The notes beneath the pieces are model-generated. The model had not been told where the DNA came from. It searched no databases and was given only the letters and a program-made list of their open reading frames with translations. 64,000 bases of DNA from a plasmid. Every line of letters begins with the position of its first letter. Positions within the stretch are counted from its first letter, which is position 1. Below, in pieces: positions 43,044 through 54,700 of this stretch. The translations under genes and the position numbers were made by a program. Location: the sequence record NZ_CP015380.1. One strand, written 5' to 3'.

Positions 43044-43081
43044 ACGTTTCCGTACGGTTGGGCTTCAGACCCCTACTAGCG
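43044..43081 (-). repeat. Tn3-family 38-bp terminal inverted repeat (right end)
   Basis: The reverse complement reads GGGGTCTGAAGCCCAACCGTACGGAAACGTACGCTAAG. It matches 38416-38453 at 36 of 38 positions, in inverted orientation. Confidence 0.7.
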
Positions 43082-44382
43082 TTATTTAAATCGTGAGTCC
43101 CAGTTTTTTTCCGATAACTATTGGCCCTTGTTACCATCGTGCAGAAATAACAATAATATCTGAATACTAAAAGAGTAACTATAAACCTAGAGTTCATAAA
43201 AAAGCGACTTGATATGGACGTAGTAATATCAAGTCGCAAATGTTATATACACGTATATAACAATGAGTTTTCACATTCTCTGTAGTGCAAGGAAACTATA
43301 CATAAATCAATACCAGGTTTCCTTAATGAATATTGTTTTATTTATGAAATATTGAAGTAAAAACTTAAAAATAAAAATCCAATAACAAACACATAACATT
43401 AATAATATATTTGGTTATTTTAACATTAGTAACTCTATGAAAGACTCGATCTTGCCTTAAAAGTTACATATTCCATATTTCACGACTCACACCTCGACAG
43501 GACATTTATTTAATTAAATGCTTCTAGCTATTATAAACATAAATACTATTTTTATAAAAACAGGATACAGTAAAGATGCGGTAATGTTATTTTTATCTCT
43601 GAGGGAAGAGGATTGCATAGGGTTTTACTTATAGCAATTAAATATCTAAGCTTCTAGGAGAGGGGACTATTAAAAGTGGGTGTCTTTATTTATAATTTAT
43701 GTAATGAGTTAAGCGCATTATTTAATGTAATTTAAAGTCATTATTTTGTAATGGTTTTTAAATATTATTTCTTTTACATGCATTGTATTAACTTAAAACA
43801 TGAACGAAATTATTTATTGAGCTACGACATCACGAATGCCGTATGGTAATTTGAATCATGATTAAATACTATTGGTTTATAATCAAACACATTTCTGATA
43901 ATTAAGTTGAGCGTATTGGTTAAAAATACACTGAGCGTTGATATAGCTAAATCGTATTGTATTCGTAGAAATACTATATATATCTAGAACTTATGGATAT
44001 TTTATTTTTTAAGGTAATATATAATACAATGGTGAGTCGTGTTATCTTATTAATAATAAATCATTACTCTTGGAGTCTATATGCACCAGGTGAAATTAGA
44101 TTAGATGACATATGAAATTATCTATCATAATACTAATACACGCGTTATTTTACTTGAGTGTTACTATCAGATTATTGTGAGTCTACCTAATATAAGGATT
44201 TAAAAAATAAGGTTATTTACAATGACTCTGCATCACAAGAGTCATTGTTATTTAAGGTTATCATCACCACTTAGTTGTATTTTACTTATTTATATCATAA
44301 TTATATAAAGCAATCCATCAGATGGTTAATTACAAGGATTTTAGTGGGGTTTACTGTGACTAAATATAAGATAAATACTTAT

Positions 44383-45447
44383 CTACTTTTTAAAAAGTAT
44401 ATTATTTACTGATAACTTTAAGACTTCAAACTGCTTAGCCAGCTCCAAACTTAGCCATATATAGCCATATACTGAAGCTTCATAATTATTAACATCAGTG
44501 TTATCATATAGCAAAGACTGATGGAGATTGCTTACACTATCACTTAGTTTTATATTAGTCATATCAATAGATGATAGCTGGCCAAGTTCTAATGTATCCT
44601 CTATATCCTGTAGTGCATTTACTGTCATATAAATAGACTCATGTAACTCTGATGAGTTAATTATTAAGAAATGACTTTTCCTTGATTCCCAGTGTGCATG
44701 GGCCTGTGACTCAAGAATACATATGATATTGGTGCATGTTTTTTGTATTAGTTCAAACTCCTCTTTACTTCTATGGCACTCCTTACATGCAGCTACAATC
44801 AAAGATCTTAAACTCACAATATCCAAAACAATTTTTTGGATTTCTTTATCTAAACAAGGCTGTTCAATTAGATTTCGGGAGTTGACTGTTTGATAAAGTT
44901 TAGAAAGTCGATTAATAATACATCCAAGTTTTAAACGCCAGTGAACGTATGCTCTCTGTGGATACAATCCAGTGAAAATTATAGCAAGAAAAGCGCCAAG
45001 TATTATATTAGCGCTGCGCCAAAAAGCCGTCATAACATCACCAGCAGGAGCACTAGATACAACGGATAATGTAATTCCAATTAGTAATGCTAAATATGGT
45101 TTTTTACCTAATGTTAGATAGCCACAAATGAACATACATATTGCACACCAAATTAACATATATGCAAATGAAAACATCTCGATTTTTAGTGCTATAATTC
45201 CTAGTATTGCACCAGCAAGTGTTCCACCTATACGTTCTAGCGCTCTTGGCACCGCACTACCTAGGAATGAGATAGGCCCCATGACAACAACAAGTGTAAT
45301 TAATGGCCATGTATGATCTGGTAGATTAGCAAAATGCAATATTACAAATGTTAAGACAAATGAAATTGAAATACGAATGGCATGTACAAATCTGAAATGT
45401 TTATAAAGAAATTTCTCTCTTTTGGTTATTTTAACACATCCGCTCAC
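44383..45447 (-). CDS. FUSC-family inner-membrane protein (YeeA-like)
   Basis: 354 aa. N-terminal multi-transmembrane region followed by a soluble C-terminal region. AT-rich, with long AT-rich flanks. Confidence 0.5.
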   Translation of the reverse strand: MSGCVKITKREKFLYKHFRFVHAIRISISFVLTFVILHFANLPDHTWPLITLVVVMGPISFLGSAVPRALERIGGTLAGAILGIIALKIEMFSFAYMLIWCAICMFICGYLTLGKKPYLALLIGITLSVVSSAPAGDVMTAFWRSANIILGAFLAIIFTGLYPQRAYVHWRLKLGCIINRLSKLYQTVNSRNLIEQPCLDKEIQKIVLDIVSLRSLIVAACKECHRSKEEFELIQKTCTNIICILESQAHAHWESRKSHFLIINSSELHESIYMTVNALQDIEDTLELGQLSSIDMTNIKLSDSVSNLHQSLLYDNTDVNNYEASVYGYIWLSLELAKQFEVLKLSVNNILFKK

Positions 45448-45804
45448 TTAATCTCCAATTTCTATTAATAGAATATATGGAATTATTATATAAAAAACCA
45501 ACCCACTCACAAACTATTAATTTTCTTATTATTGCAATCTAACAGTTAAAAACATTTAGTAATAAAGTTTTCGGGATTCCGCGCTAGTGATTGAGTACCA
45601 ATCCGAAATGTCGAATTTTTTAATGGGTGGTATCATTGACTTAAGAATAGAATGATATTTTAAAATTAAATATTGGTATTGTTAAAATCTAAAATATGAA
45701 TGAGATCAGCTAAAAAAATAGCGTATACGCCCTTATTATCTAAAGACAAGGACCTGGCACAGGCCTGCAGGGATTTAGGTGGGACTGCTGTCCCATCGAC
45801 TATG

Positions 45805-46569
45805 GGTAATGATTCCAATTAGTAGAACATGTGTTTTTCAATGAAGGCCCCGGTGACCTTTTCATGTAGTTCAATTGAGCGTGAGAAGCAGATTGTTTTT
45901 CGGGCCAAACGCTTGATGCGGGTTCTTAGCGTCAGATTGTTACGCTCAATACGCTGAGTGAATATTTTGCCAGCCAGATGCTTCTCTTTCGGCACTTCTC
46001 TGGCATAACCTCCCCAGTCATCGCTTGTTATCATGCCGATATTAAACGGAGTGAGCAGGGTCAGCAGTTCACGACAGGTATCATCTGTCCGTGGCCCGAA
46101 TGTATAAGCCAGAATGCCACTTGTTCTGGTGTTGTATGCGTACCAAAGCCAGTGCTGTCGGGCTTTACTGCCGACAAAGCTCCATTGCTCATCGAGTTTG
46201 CAGATAAGCGCCACATCTGCATGAGCGACCGGAGAGGATGTTATTCGCTTCAGCGCGAGCTTTTTAAAGTATGAATGACGGTATTAATGCCGATTTTGAG
46301 CGTCCTTGCAGTATCCCGGACGCCGACACCGTTGAATACCATTTAGGTAATTTGTCCTATGACGCCGAGCTTGCGGGCTTCATAAGTATAGATGAGCAGA
46401 AACACACGGGGCACTCACGACAGCGAAACCGGTCACGGCCTTTAGTAGGATTCTACCCATGACGGTAAACCTGAGCAGACTGACAATGGGGACAATGAAC
46501 AGTAACGCTGGCCATGAGAAAACCTCAAAGCGGGCATTATATCTCAATTCAACTAATTAGATGCATAAC
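45805..46569 (-). mobile_element. IS1-family insertion sequence, copy 2 (inverted relative to copy 1; insB intact, insA with an in-frame TAG)
   Basis: Inverted repeats GGTAATGATTCCAATTAG … and rc GGTTATGCATCTAATTAG. InsB 131 aa intact (MALICKLDEQ…KHMFY). insA again reads …VYRHG*. Confidence 0.85.
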
Positions 46570-46851
46570 CAACCTTTGGCGATTTCACACGTAACAGGAT
46601 TATCCATATATTGGACGAAGCCGAACAAGGTCAAAATGGATTTAACTACCGTGCGGAACGTACCGATGATGAGGGAAAATCATTCCCTATCACAACGATA
46701 AATAGATGCGCATATACATCGTATTGACTCGATCGTAGGTATATAAATAAACACCAAAGTGGTAACTAGGTAACCTACTCTATTAGAATGGCTGGCGCAT
46801 GCGACCTTCTAATAGGAAGCAGTTACCCGTCTCATTATTATAGTTGCAATA

Positions 46852-48306
46852 TTAGTACAAGCCTAAAACCTTCCACCACATTAAGCCAAATATTAGGAAT
46901 ACTGCTTGATTAATGAGACTAATAATAAATCCTGTTCGCCACCACACACCGGTCGGAACATATCCGGCACCAAATAGAATAGGGCCACGAGCATGTGTGT
47001 ATTGAGTCAGTGAACAGTAGAGGCTGCTGGAAAAGGCTAGCATAAGCGCAGTTGGTACAGTTGGAATACCTAAATTAATACTAACACTGAGGAATACCCC
47101 ATATAGAGCAGCTATCTGAGCATTACCGCTGGCAAAGAAATAGTGTGTGTAAAAATATGCAGCATTTAATAATATTAGAATGATTATCCAGTTAGTTCCA
47201 TGCATAGTATGACCAATGCTGTTACCTATAAGATTGCCAAACCAAGTTGTAAAGCCTAATCTTTTTAACTGGTTTGCCATCATAAGTAATGCTGCAAACC
47301 ATATTAATGTATCCCAAGCATCCTTTTCATTTTTCACATCATCCCAATTGAGCACACCAGATAAAAGCAGAGCTGATAGGCCAACAAATGCAGCAATCGT
47401 TGGATCGATACCCCATCTGCTACCAAAGATCCATAGCACTAACAACAATAGAACGGTTCCAATCATCATATATTCACTGAGTGAAATCGAACCCATTTTC
47501 GATAATTCAGCACGTGCAATGCTCGGAGCATCAGGCGTTTTACGAATTTCTGGTTTTGTTAACCAATAAACCAAGGGAGGGATAAGAATCAAAGAAATTA
47601 GACATGGAATTATAGATGCCATTAACCATCCGCCCCAACTCAAGGTAACACCAGCGTTGGCTGCCAATTTTACCGCGAGCAGATTCCCAGTATAACCGGT
47701 CATGAACATGGCAGCAGTGACATCATTGACATTACCGATACAGGTAACTAAAAATGTTCCAATCTTACTTCGAGAAGCATCGTCAGGTCTCGAATCGAAA
47801 CTGCGTGCTAGTGAATCTGCAATCGGATAAATGACACCACCGCATCGTGCCGTATTACTAGGCATAGCAGGAGATAAAATTAAGTCTGCAAAAGCTAAGC
47901 CGTACGCCAAACCTAACGTGCGCTTTCCCAGTAAACGAATCATTAACAGTGCAATACGCCGACCTAACCCCGTTTTTATGAATCCTCTAGCAATCATAAA
48001 AGCAACAACAATTAACCAAATTAACGAACTATTAAGATCACTTAACGCTATTTTAACGTTATCAGCAGAGCTTGTATCTCCTGACGAATGCACCAAAGCA
48101 AAGACAGTTATTCCGATAAATCCAACTGCGCCAATAGGCAAAACTTTAACGACAATACACGCGATAGTGGCTATAAAAATAATTGTTGAATGCCAAGCGG
48201 GTACGCTCAATCCATTAGGTTGTCTTAGATACCAAAATATTGCAGCAATCATGGTTATGATAATTAAAGGTAGCCATCGCACATTATTCTGCTGTTGACA
48301 TGTCAT
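46852..48306 (-). CDS. DASS-family anion transporter (CitT/TtdT-like dicarboxylate/tricarboxylate antiporter)
   Basis: 484 aa. …GLGRRIALLMIRLLGKRTLGLAYGLAFADLILSPAMPSNTARCGGVIYPI… matches the TtdT/CitT signature region. Confidence 0.8.
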   Translation of the reverse strand: MTCQQQNNVRWLPLIIITMIAAIFWYLRQPNGLSVPAWHSTIIFIATIACIVVKVLPIGAVGFIGITVFALVHSSGDTSSADNVKIALSDLNSSLIWLIVVAFMIARGFIKTGLGRRIALLMIRLLGKRTLGLAYGLAFADLILSPAMPSNTARCGGVIYPIADSLARSFDSRPDDASRSKIGTFLVTCIGNVNDVTAAMFMTGYTGNLLAVKLAANAGVTLSWGGWLMASIIPCLISLILIPPLVYWLTKPEIRKTPDAPSIARAELSKMGSISLSEYMMIGTVLLLLVLWIFGSRWGIDPTIAAFVGLSALLLSGVLNWDDVKNEKDAWDTLIWFAALLMMANQLKRLGFTTWFGNLIGNSIGHTMHGTNWIIILILLNAAYFYTHYFFASGNAQIAALYGVFLSVSINLGIPTVPTALMLAFSSSLYCSLTQYTHARGPILFGAGYVPTGVWWRTGFIISLINQAVFLIFGLMWWKVLGLY

Positions 48307-48386
48307 AAGGCATCTCTTCTCATATGTATTATACGTTGGGCTCCCCCAACGTAATTTTTTTGGAAAACTTAATAATAAATATTTAA

Positions 48387-50048
48387 TTAGAAAGAAATAC
48401 GTTTGTAATTTTGATACTCAGGCTTCCAAAAGGTATTTTCTAATTCATCCTTAAGTTCAAAAACAGTCATTTGTTTTGCGACACCATCCTCTACGCCAGC
48501 TAATGCAACAGCAATGGCTATTTTTTTAGATATATCATGAATATTTGTCAATTCTGGTAATAGAGTACCCTCAGGATTTTCAATCATTGGAGATGATTCA
48601 GCAAGAACCTTACTAGCAGCAAGGAACATATTTTCCGTCACTCGTTTTGCTTTAGAGATCAAAACACCAAGGCCAAGTCCAGGAAAAATATATGAGTTAT
48701 TACATTGGGATATAATATATTTTTTTCCATTATAGATTACTGGTTGAAATGGACTACCTGTAGCAATAATTACATTTCCATCGGTCCACTCAATAATATC
48801 TTTTGGTACAGCCTCCACACGAGATGTAGGGTTAGATAGTGGGAGTATAATCGGCATTGTGAAACTGGAATACATGGACTTAACAACCTCCTCGGTAAAT
48901 AACCCAGGTACACCTGAAACACCAATCAAAATTGATGGCTGGATATGGGTTACCAGTTCTGCTAGATCCTTCCCATCAGGTGAGAATGAGAGGCTTTCCC
49001 TTGTGTGGGCTAATCTATATTGAAAGTCCGTTAGCATTGGGGTATCTTTTAATATCAAGCCATCTTTGTCGACTAGAAATATATGACTTCTGGCTACATC
49101 CTCATCTAACCCATCATTCCTAAGTGCTGCAATGATTAGTTCAGCAATACCGCAGCCAGCAGAGCCTGCTCCGACGAACATAATTCTCTGTTCAGATAGT
49201 CGTATGTTATTATGAAGGCATGCAGCAAGAATCGACCCTAACGCTACAGTTGCAGTTCCTTGAATATCGTCATTAAAACAACATAGTTTATCCTTATACA
49301 TTTGAAGCAAAGGAGTTGCATGCTTTAGAGCAAAATCTTCAAACTGTAGCAGTACCCCTGGCCAACGACGCTCAATAGAGGAGATAACCGTATCGATAAA
49401 CTCATAATATTCAGAATCTAAAATACGCGGATGACGAGCTCCCATATATAGAGGGTTATTTAATAGTTCTTGGTTGTTTGTTCCGACATCTAGCATGATA
49501 GGCAAGCATTGGTGCGGAGGTATACCACCGCAAGCTGTATATAAAGATAATTTTCCGATAGGGATGCCCATGCCACCGATGCCCTGATCACCTAAGCCAA
49601 GAATACGTTCACCATCGGTGATCACGATAATTTTTATTTCATCGCCAATAACATTACGAAGAATACTTTCAATTTTATTTCTATCTTCCCAAGAAATAAA
49701 TAGCCCTCGATTCTTACGCCATATTTCTGAAAAATGTTGGCAGGCATAGCCGACAGTTGGAGTGTAAATTAATGGGAGTGAGTCATCTATGTTTGATGTT
49801 ATATAGTGATAAAATAGAACTTCATTAGTATCTTGTAGATTCCTCAGAAAAATATGCCTAGCCTCATCAGTAGTAAACCGATTCAACTGAAATCGGATAC
49901 GTTCACTTTGTTCATCTATCGATTCAACTACAGCAGGTACAAGTCCGTGAAGGTTGAATTCATCGCGCTCACTATTACTAAACGCGCTTCCCTTATTAAA
50001 TGAAGTACAGCTTAGCAATGATTGGCCTGAAAGATGAGTGTATCGCAT
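48387..50048 (-). CDS. maeA: NAD-dependent malic enzyme
   Basis: Near-collinear similarity to E. coli SfcA/MaeA (…FNKGSAFS…IYTPTVG…VITDGERILGLGDQGIGGMGIPIGKLSLYTACGGI…FNDDIQGTA…GAGSAGCGIAE…). Start at MRYTH, after an AGGAG ribosome-binding site. Confidence 0.9.
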   Translation of the reverse strand: MRYTHLSGQSLLSCTSFNKGSAFSNSERDEFNLHGLVPAVVESIDEQSERIRFQLNRFTTDEARHIFLRNLQDTNEVLFYHYITSNIDDSLPLIYTPTVGYACQHFSEIWRKNRGLFISWEDRNKIESILRNVIGDEIKIIVITDGERILGLGDQGIGGMGIPIGKLSLYTACGGIPPHQCLPIMLDVGTNNQELLNNPLYMGARHPRILDSEYYEFIDTVISSIERRWPGVLLQFEDFALKHATPLLQMYKDKLCCFNDDIQGTATVALGSILAACLHNNIRLSEQRIMFVGAGSAGCGIAELIIAALRNDGLDEDVARSHIFLVDKDGLILKDTPMLTDFQYRLAHTRESLSFSPDGKDLAELVTHIQPSILIGVSGVPGLFTEEVVKSMYSSFTMPIILPLSNPTSRVEAVPKDIIEWTDGNVIIATGSPFQPVIYNGKKYIISQCNNSYIFPGLGLGVLISKAKRVTENMFLAASKVLAESSPMIENPEGTLLPELTNIHDISKKIAIAVALAGVEDGVAKQMTVFELKDELENTFWKPEYQNYKRISF

Positions 50049-51768
50049 TATAACTCCTACCATATAAATTAATTAAATAGCTTATTTTCTAAAAGGTATA
50101 TTCACGATTTTCTTTTAGCAAGTAGTTTATAGTGGCTACTAATTAACCTATATAGTAGAATTGCATTCAAATTATGATTAATATGCGCAAGTGAAATAAT
50201 AGCTGTGTAAAGTTAACAAAATATCTCATGGAAAAACTATTTCTTATCATTTTTGATGTATGAATAAACAATTTTTTAGCATGTGTGTTATTTAAGGAGT
50301 AAGTGAAACCAAAAATGTATTTTTCTTGGTGTATGGGATCGAGGGACAGTGATGTAAAAAAGCAAGTTATGGAGATAACTTATTGTTTGTAATGAAATTA
50401 ATTGATGTTGACTCTCCATTCAGAATGTCATCCGATAACGAAAACGTATAGTGGTCTAACATATTTATATAACTATGTTTAAGCGGGGATAACCTCGCCA
50501 GATGTACCTCCTACGGTATTTCACCCCACCGTTCACTATTCTCCAGCCAGAGATCTCGACGGAACAAAGAATCCTGAAAACGTTCCAGCAGGCACAACGA
50601 ATAAACCCGCGCGTAGAATCCGGCCATCTCTGCCATAGACTAGGCGTTCTAGGGGCCAGAAGTGATTTGCTCTGGAACATCGTCGAGCATGCGTATTTTT
50701 GAGCCTTTCAGCTCGGTCAGATAATGGATTATGGACAATGATTGTTGGCCCGCAGGGCCGGCTGAAAGTGTAAGTCACGCAACATCGCGGACAAGTGCTG
50801 GCAAAATGCCATATCTGATAACCCAGAAAACCTAGTTATGAAGCCTTGATTGGCCAACATGAATGTGGCGCCTAGAAGCCATATCTTCTCAGAACAATGA
50901 CCTCGACTGATTAATGCGTTGGTTTGAAGGTGTTTCTGGGGAGAGGCAATGTTAAGCAACATCACCCTAAAAAGGACATTATTTGAATATTAGTCTAATG
51001 CGACAGAGTACAACGTATGTATTCTAATATCTGAGTAATGAATTTAAGCTATGAATTAGGAGTACTCTCATTTATACTACCTATGCTTAATTAAATTGTA
51101 TCTTAAAAATTATTGAATTAAGTTTAACAAATGTTCATGATTAAATGTTAGATGTATGATATGAAGGCTGAGATAGAATAGTTTACATTATTTTACAAAT
51201 GGTTCTTAACGTTAAAATATTCGTTATATATTGTTTTGTTAATGTGTGTTTTTTATTTGTTTTTATGATTTTCTACTTTTCAGATAAGATAAAAAATAAA
51301 CAAATGAAAAACGACTGTAATTAATTTTAAAATTCAGACAAACAAATAGAATATAACTTTCTTTTTTTTACAAAATCCTGTTACTTATCTAAAAACAAAA
51401 AAAAATAGCATCTTATCCTGTTTTTATCAAATTAATGGCCTGTATATTTGTTTTTTGTTTTTAATCATTATAATAAGCTAAGCATGTGTCCCTTATGTCT
51501 ATTGCATATATAGGATCGAGAAAACAATGACAATACTGAGCTATATCCTCCCATGATATAGTGATGCTTCATGCTATAAGTATCAGATTGTTTTTCATTA
51601 CAGAAACTTGCTATAGGGATATATATTTTTATCTATGTTCATACTCTGGTGAGTGTATATGTAAATCGTAACTTCAATGTCAAAGAATGGGGCAGATGGT
51701 TTTAATTTTAAAATGCATTTTTCTTACTTAATATTCATTATTCTACATTATTAGCTATAGAGTTTTAT

Positions 51769-54700
51769 ATGAAAAAATCCCCCCCTCCTTTTACCTCTGA
51801 AATAAAAATAGGTAGAAAATATATCCGTGCCATTGCACACCTGAATATCGGTATGCAGGTTGTATTTCCTTTAGTGATGTCATTTACCCCAGTGATGGTC
51901 GCAAGAGCTGAAACAGAAGACAAAAAATTCCTCACGACCAGCGCCCCAGTGACAACTATTCCCTATGTGTTACAACCTGGGGATTCGATTGCTCAGATAG
52001 CAGAAAAATTTCACCTCACCGTGGCACAGCTTAAAACGCTGAATCAATATCGAACCTTTGCCCACGGCTTTGAATCAGTGCGCGCTGGGGATGAGATCGA
52101 CGTTCCCGTTCAATCCAAAAGCATCGCCACTGATGCTGGCAGTGATGACAGCGCAGCACTGGCTCAGCGTGCCCAGCAGGCCGGTCACTTTTTACAAAAC
52201 AATCCCAACAGCGACAGCGCGAAAGATTTGGCGCGCAGCCAAGCGTTGGGTGCAGCGAACAGCAAAGCGAATCAAGAAGTGGCCAGTTGGCTGAACGGCA
52301 AGGGAAAAGCGCGGGTAAAATTGGATGCCGACCGTGATTTCTCACTAAAAAACTCTGAGCTGGATGTGCTGTATCCGCTGTGGGAAAACAACGCCCATCA
52401 GGTGTTTACGCAGGGTTCGGTGCATCATACCGACAGCCGCAACCAGTCCAATCTGGGGTTGGGCTACCGCTATTTTGAAGGCACCTATTTGCTGGGCGCC
52501 AACACCTTCTTTGACCACGACTGGTCACGCAGCCACTCGCGTTTAGGCCTCGGTGCCGAATATCAGCGCGATTTCCTCAAAGTGGCCGCCAACGCCTACA
52601 TGCGTCTGACTAACTGGAAAAATTCACCGGACTTCGATAACTACGAAGAACGCCCAGCCAACGGGTGGGACATTCGTACCGAAGGCTATTTACCTGCCTA
52701 TCCGGGCATCGGCGGCAAGCTGGTGTATGAACAGTATTACGGCGACCGCGTCGGACTGTTTGGTAAAGATAATCAGCAAAAAGATCCGGTAGCGGTGACG
52801 GCCGGCGTTAACTATTCGCCTTTCCCGCTGATGAAGTTCAACGTCGATCACCGCATGGGTAAAAGCAATCAAAACGACACCCGTTTCGGTATCGATCTGA
52901 ACTATGTGTTTGGTGCGCCGTTAGGTCAGCAGTTGGATAGCAGCCTGTTGGCGGCGAGCCGCAGCTTGGCCGCGAATCGTTACGACTTTGTCGAACGTAA
53001 CAACAACATCGTGTTGGAATACCGCAAAAAAGACACCATCAGCCTCCGGTTGGCCTCGCAAATCAGCGGCTACAGCGGTGAAAGTAAATCGCTGGGCGTG
53101 TCGGTCAACAGCACCAACGGCGTTGAGCGCATTGAGTGGACCGCGCCAGAACTGCTGAGTCAGGGCGGGCAGATTGTTCAGGTTTCTGAACAGCAGTTCA
53201 ACGTGATCATTCCTGAATATCAATACGGCAACGATGCCAACAACAGCTATGTGGTGAGCGGCGTTGCCTATGATAAATCCGGCAATGCATCGCCAAAAGC
53301 GGAAAGCTTAGTGGTTGTTGCCTCGGCTGCGGTGAGTACGGTTAACAGCATGCTAACCCCGATGGAGCTTCAGTTACCGAACGACGGTACCTCTACGGCT
53401 AAATTGACGCTGGTATTGCGTGATGCGAACAATCATCTCATCAGCGGTGTCGCCGATGACATCAAAACCACACTAAGTCCCGTGGGTCGCGGCCAGCCAG
53501 ATGTCACGGTGAGTGCTTTTAGTGAAGACATGACCCGCATGGGCACCTATAACGCCACCGTCACGGCGGGCGAAAATATGGGTGAATATAAAATTACGCC
53601 TGAAATCCATAATGCCAAACTTGCGTCAGCGACGCTGTATGTCGGCAGAGCACCGGTGATCAGCGGTTTAATCATGAGCGGCAAGCTGGCGTTAGGCGAG
53701 CAGCTATCGGGTCATTATCAGTTCGATAGTAACAGCGGCAATGCACAAGATGCCTCTCTTTACCAATGGGGCAATAAAGGGCAAACCACAGGGCTGAATG
53801 GCGCTGAGACCATCGTTACTTCAGGTAGCGTGCCGGGCTATACGCTGGTCGCCAGCGATGTTGGGCAGGTAAAAGAGCTGTCGGTTCAGGCGCGTAACGG
53901 GGTGGAAACCTTAGGGAATACGCTGACGGTCACTACGGCTCCGGGCGATAGCGGCAACAACACCGAAGGTGGCGGAGAAGGCGGTGCGATCGTGGATGAA
54001 ACCGCAGCACCAAGCATCAGCGATGTGACGATAAGCGGTAAGCTTTCGCTAGGTGAAGCGCTGAGCGGTCGTTACACCTTTGTGCCGCACACCGGCAACA
54101 CAACCGATACGTCGGAATACCAGTGGGGCGTGGAAGGCACGACCGCAAGCGTAGTGGATAACGGCGGTGGAAAAGCGATCACTCAAAGCGGCGTGGTACC
54201 AAGCTATACCCTGCAAAGCAGCGATGCGGGTCAGGTGTTGGAAGTTTCTGTGCGGGCTAAAAACGCTGCCGATGTGTATGGCAACAGCGCCACGGTGACC
54301 ACCGCACAAACAGGCGGCGGCAACAACACCGAGGGCGGTGGTGAAGGCGGCGTGATTGTTGATGAAACGGCAGCGCCAAGCATCAGCAGCGTGGCTATCA
54401 GCGGCAAGCTGGCGGTTGGCGAAGCACTGAGCGGCAGCTACACCTTTGATGCCAAGACCGGTAACCCAACGGATACTTCCGAGTATCAGTGGGGCGCGAA
54501 AGGCTCAACCGCAAGCGTAGTGGAAAGCGGTGAAGGCAAAGCAATCAGCCAAAGCGGCGTAGTGCCAAGCTACACCTTACAAAGCAGCGATGCGGGTCAG
54601 GTATTGGAAGTTTCTGTGCGGGCTAAAAACGCTGCCGATGTGTATGGCAACAGCGCGACGGTGACCACCGCACAAACAGGCGGTGGCAACAACACCGAAG

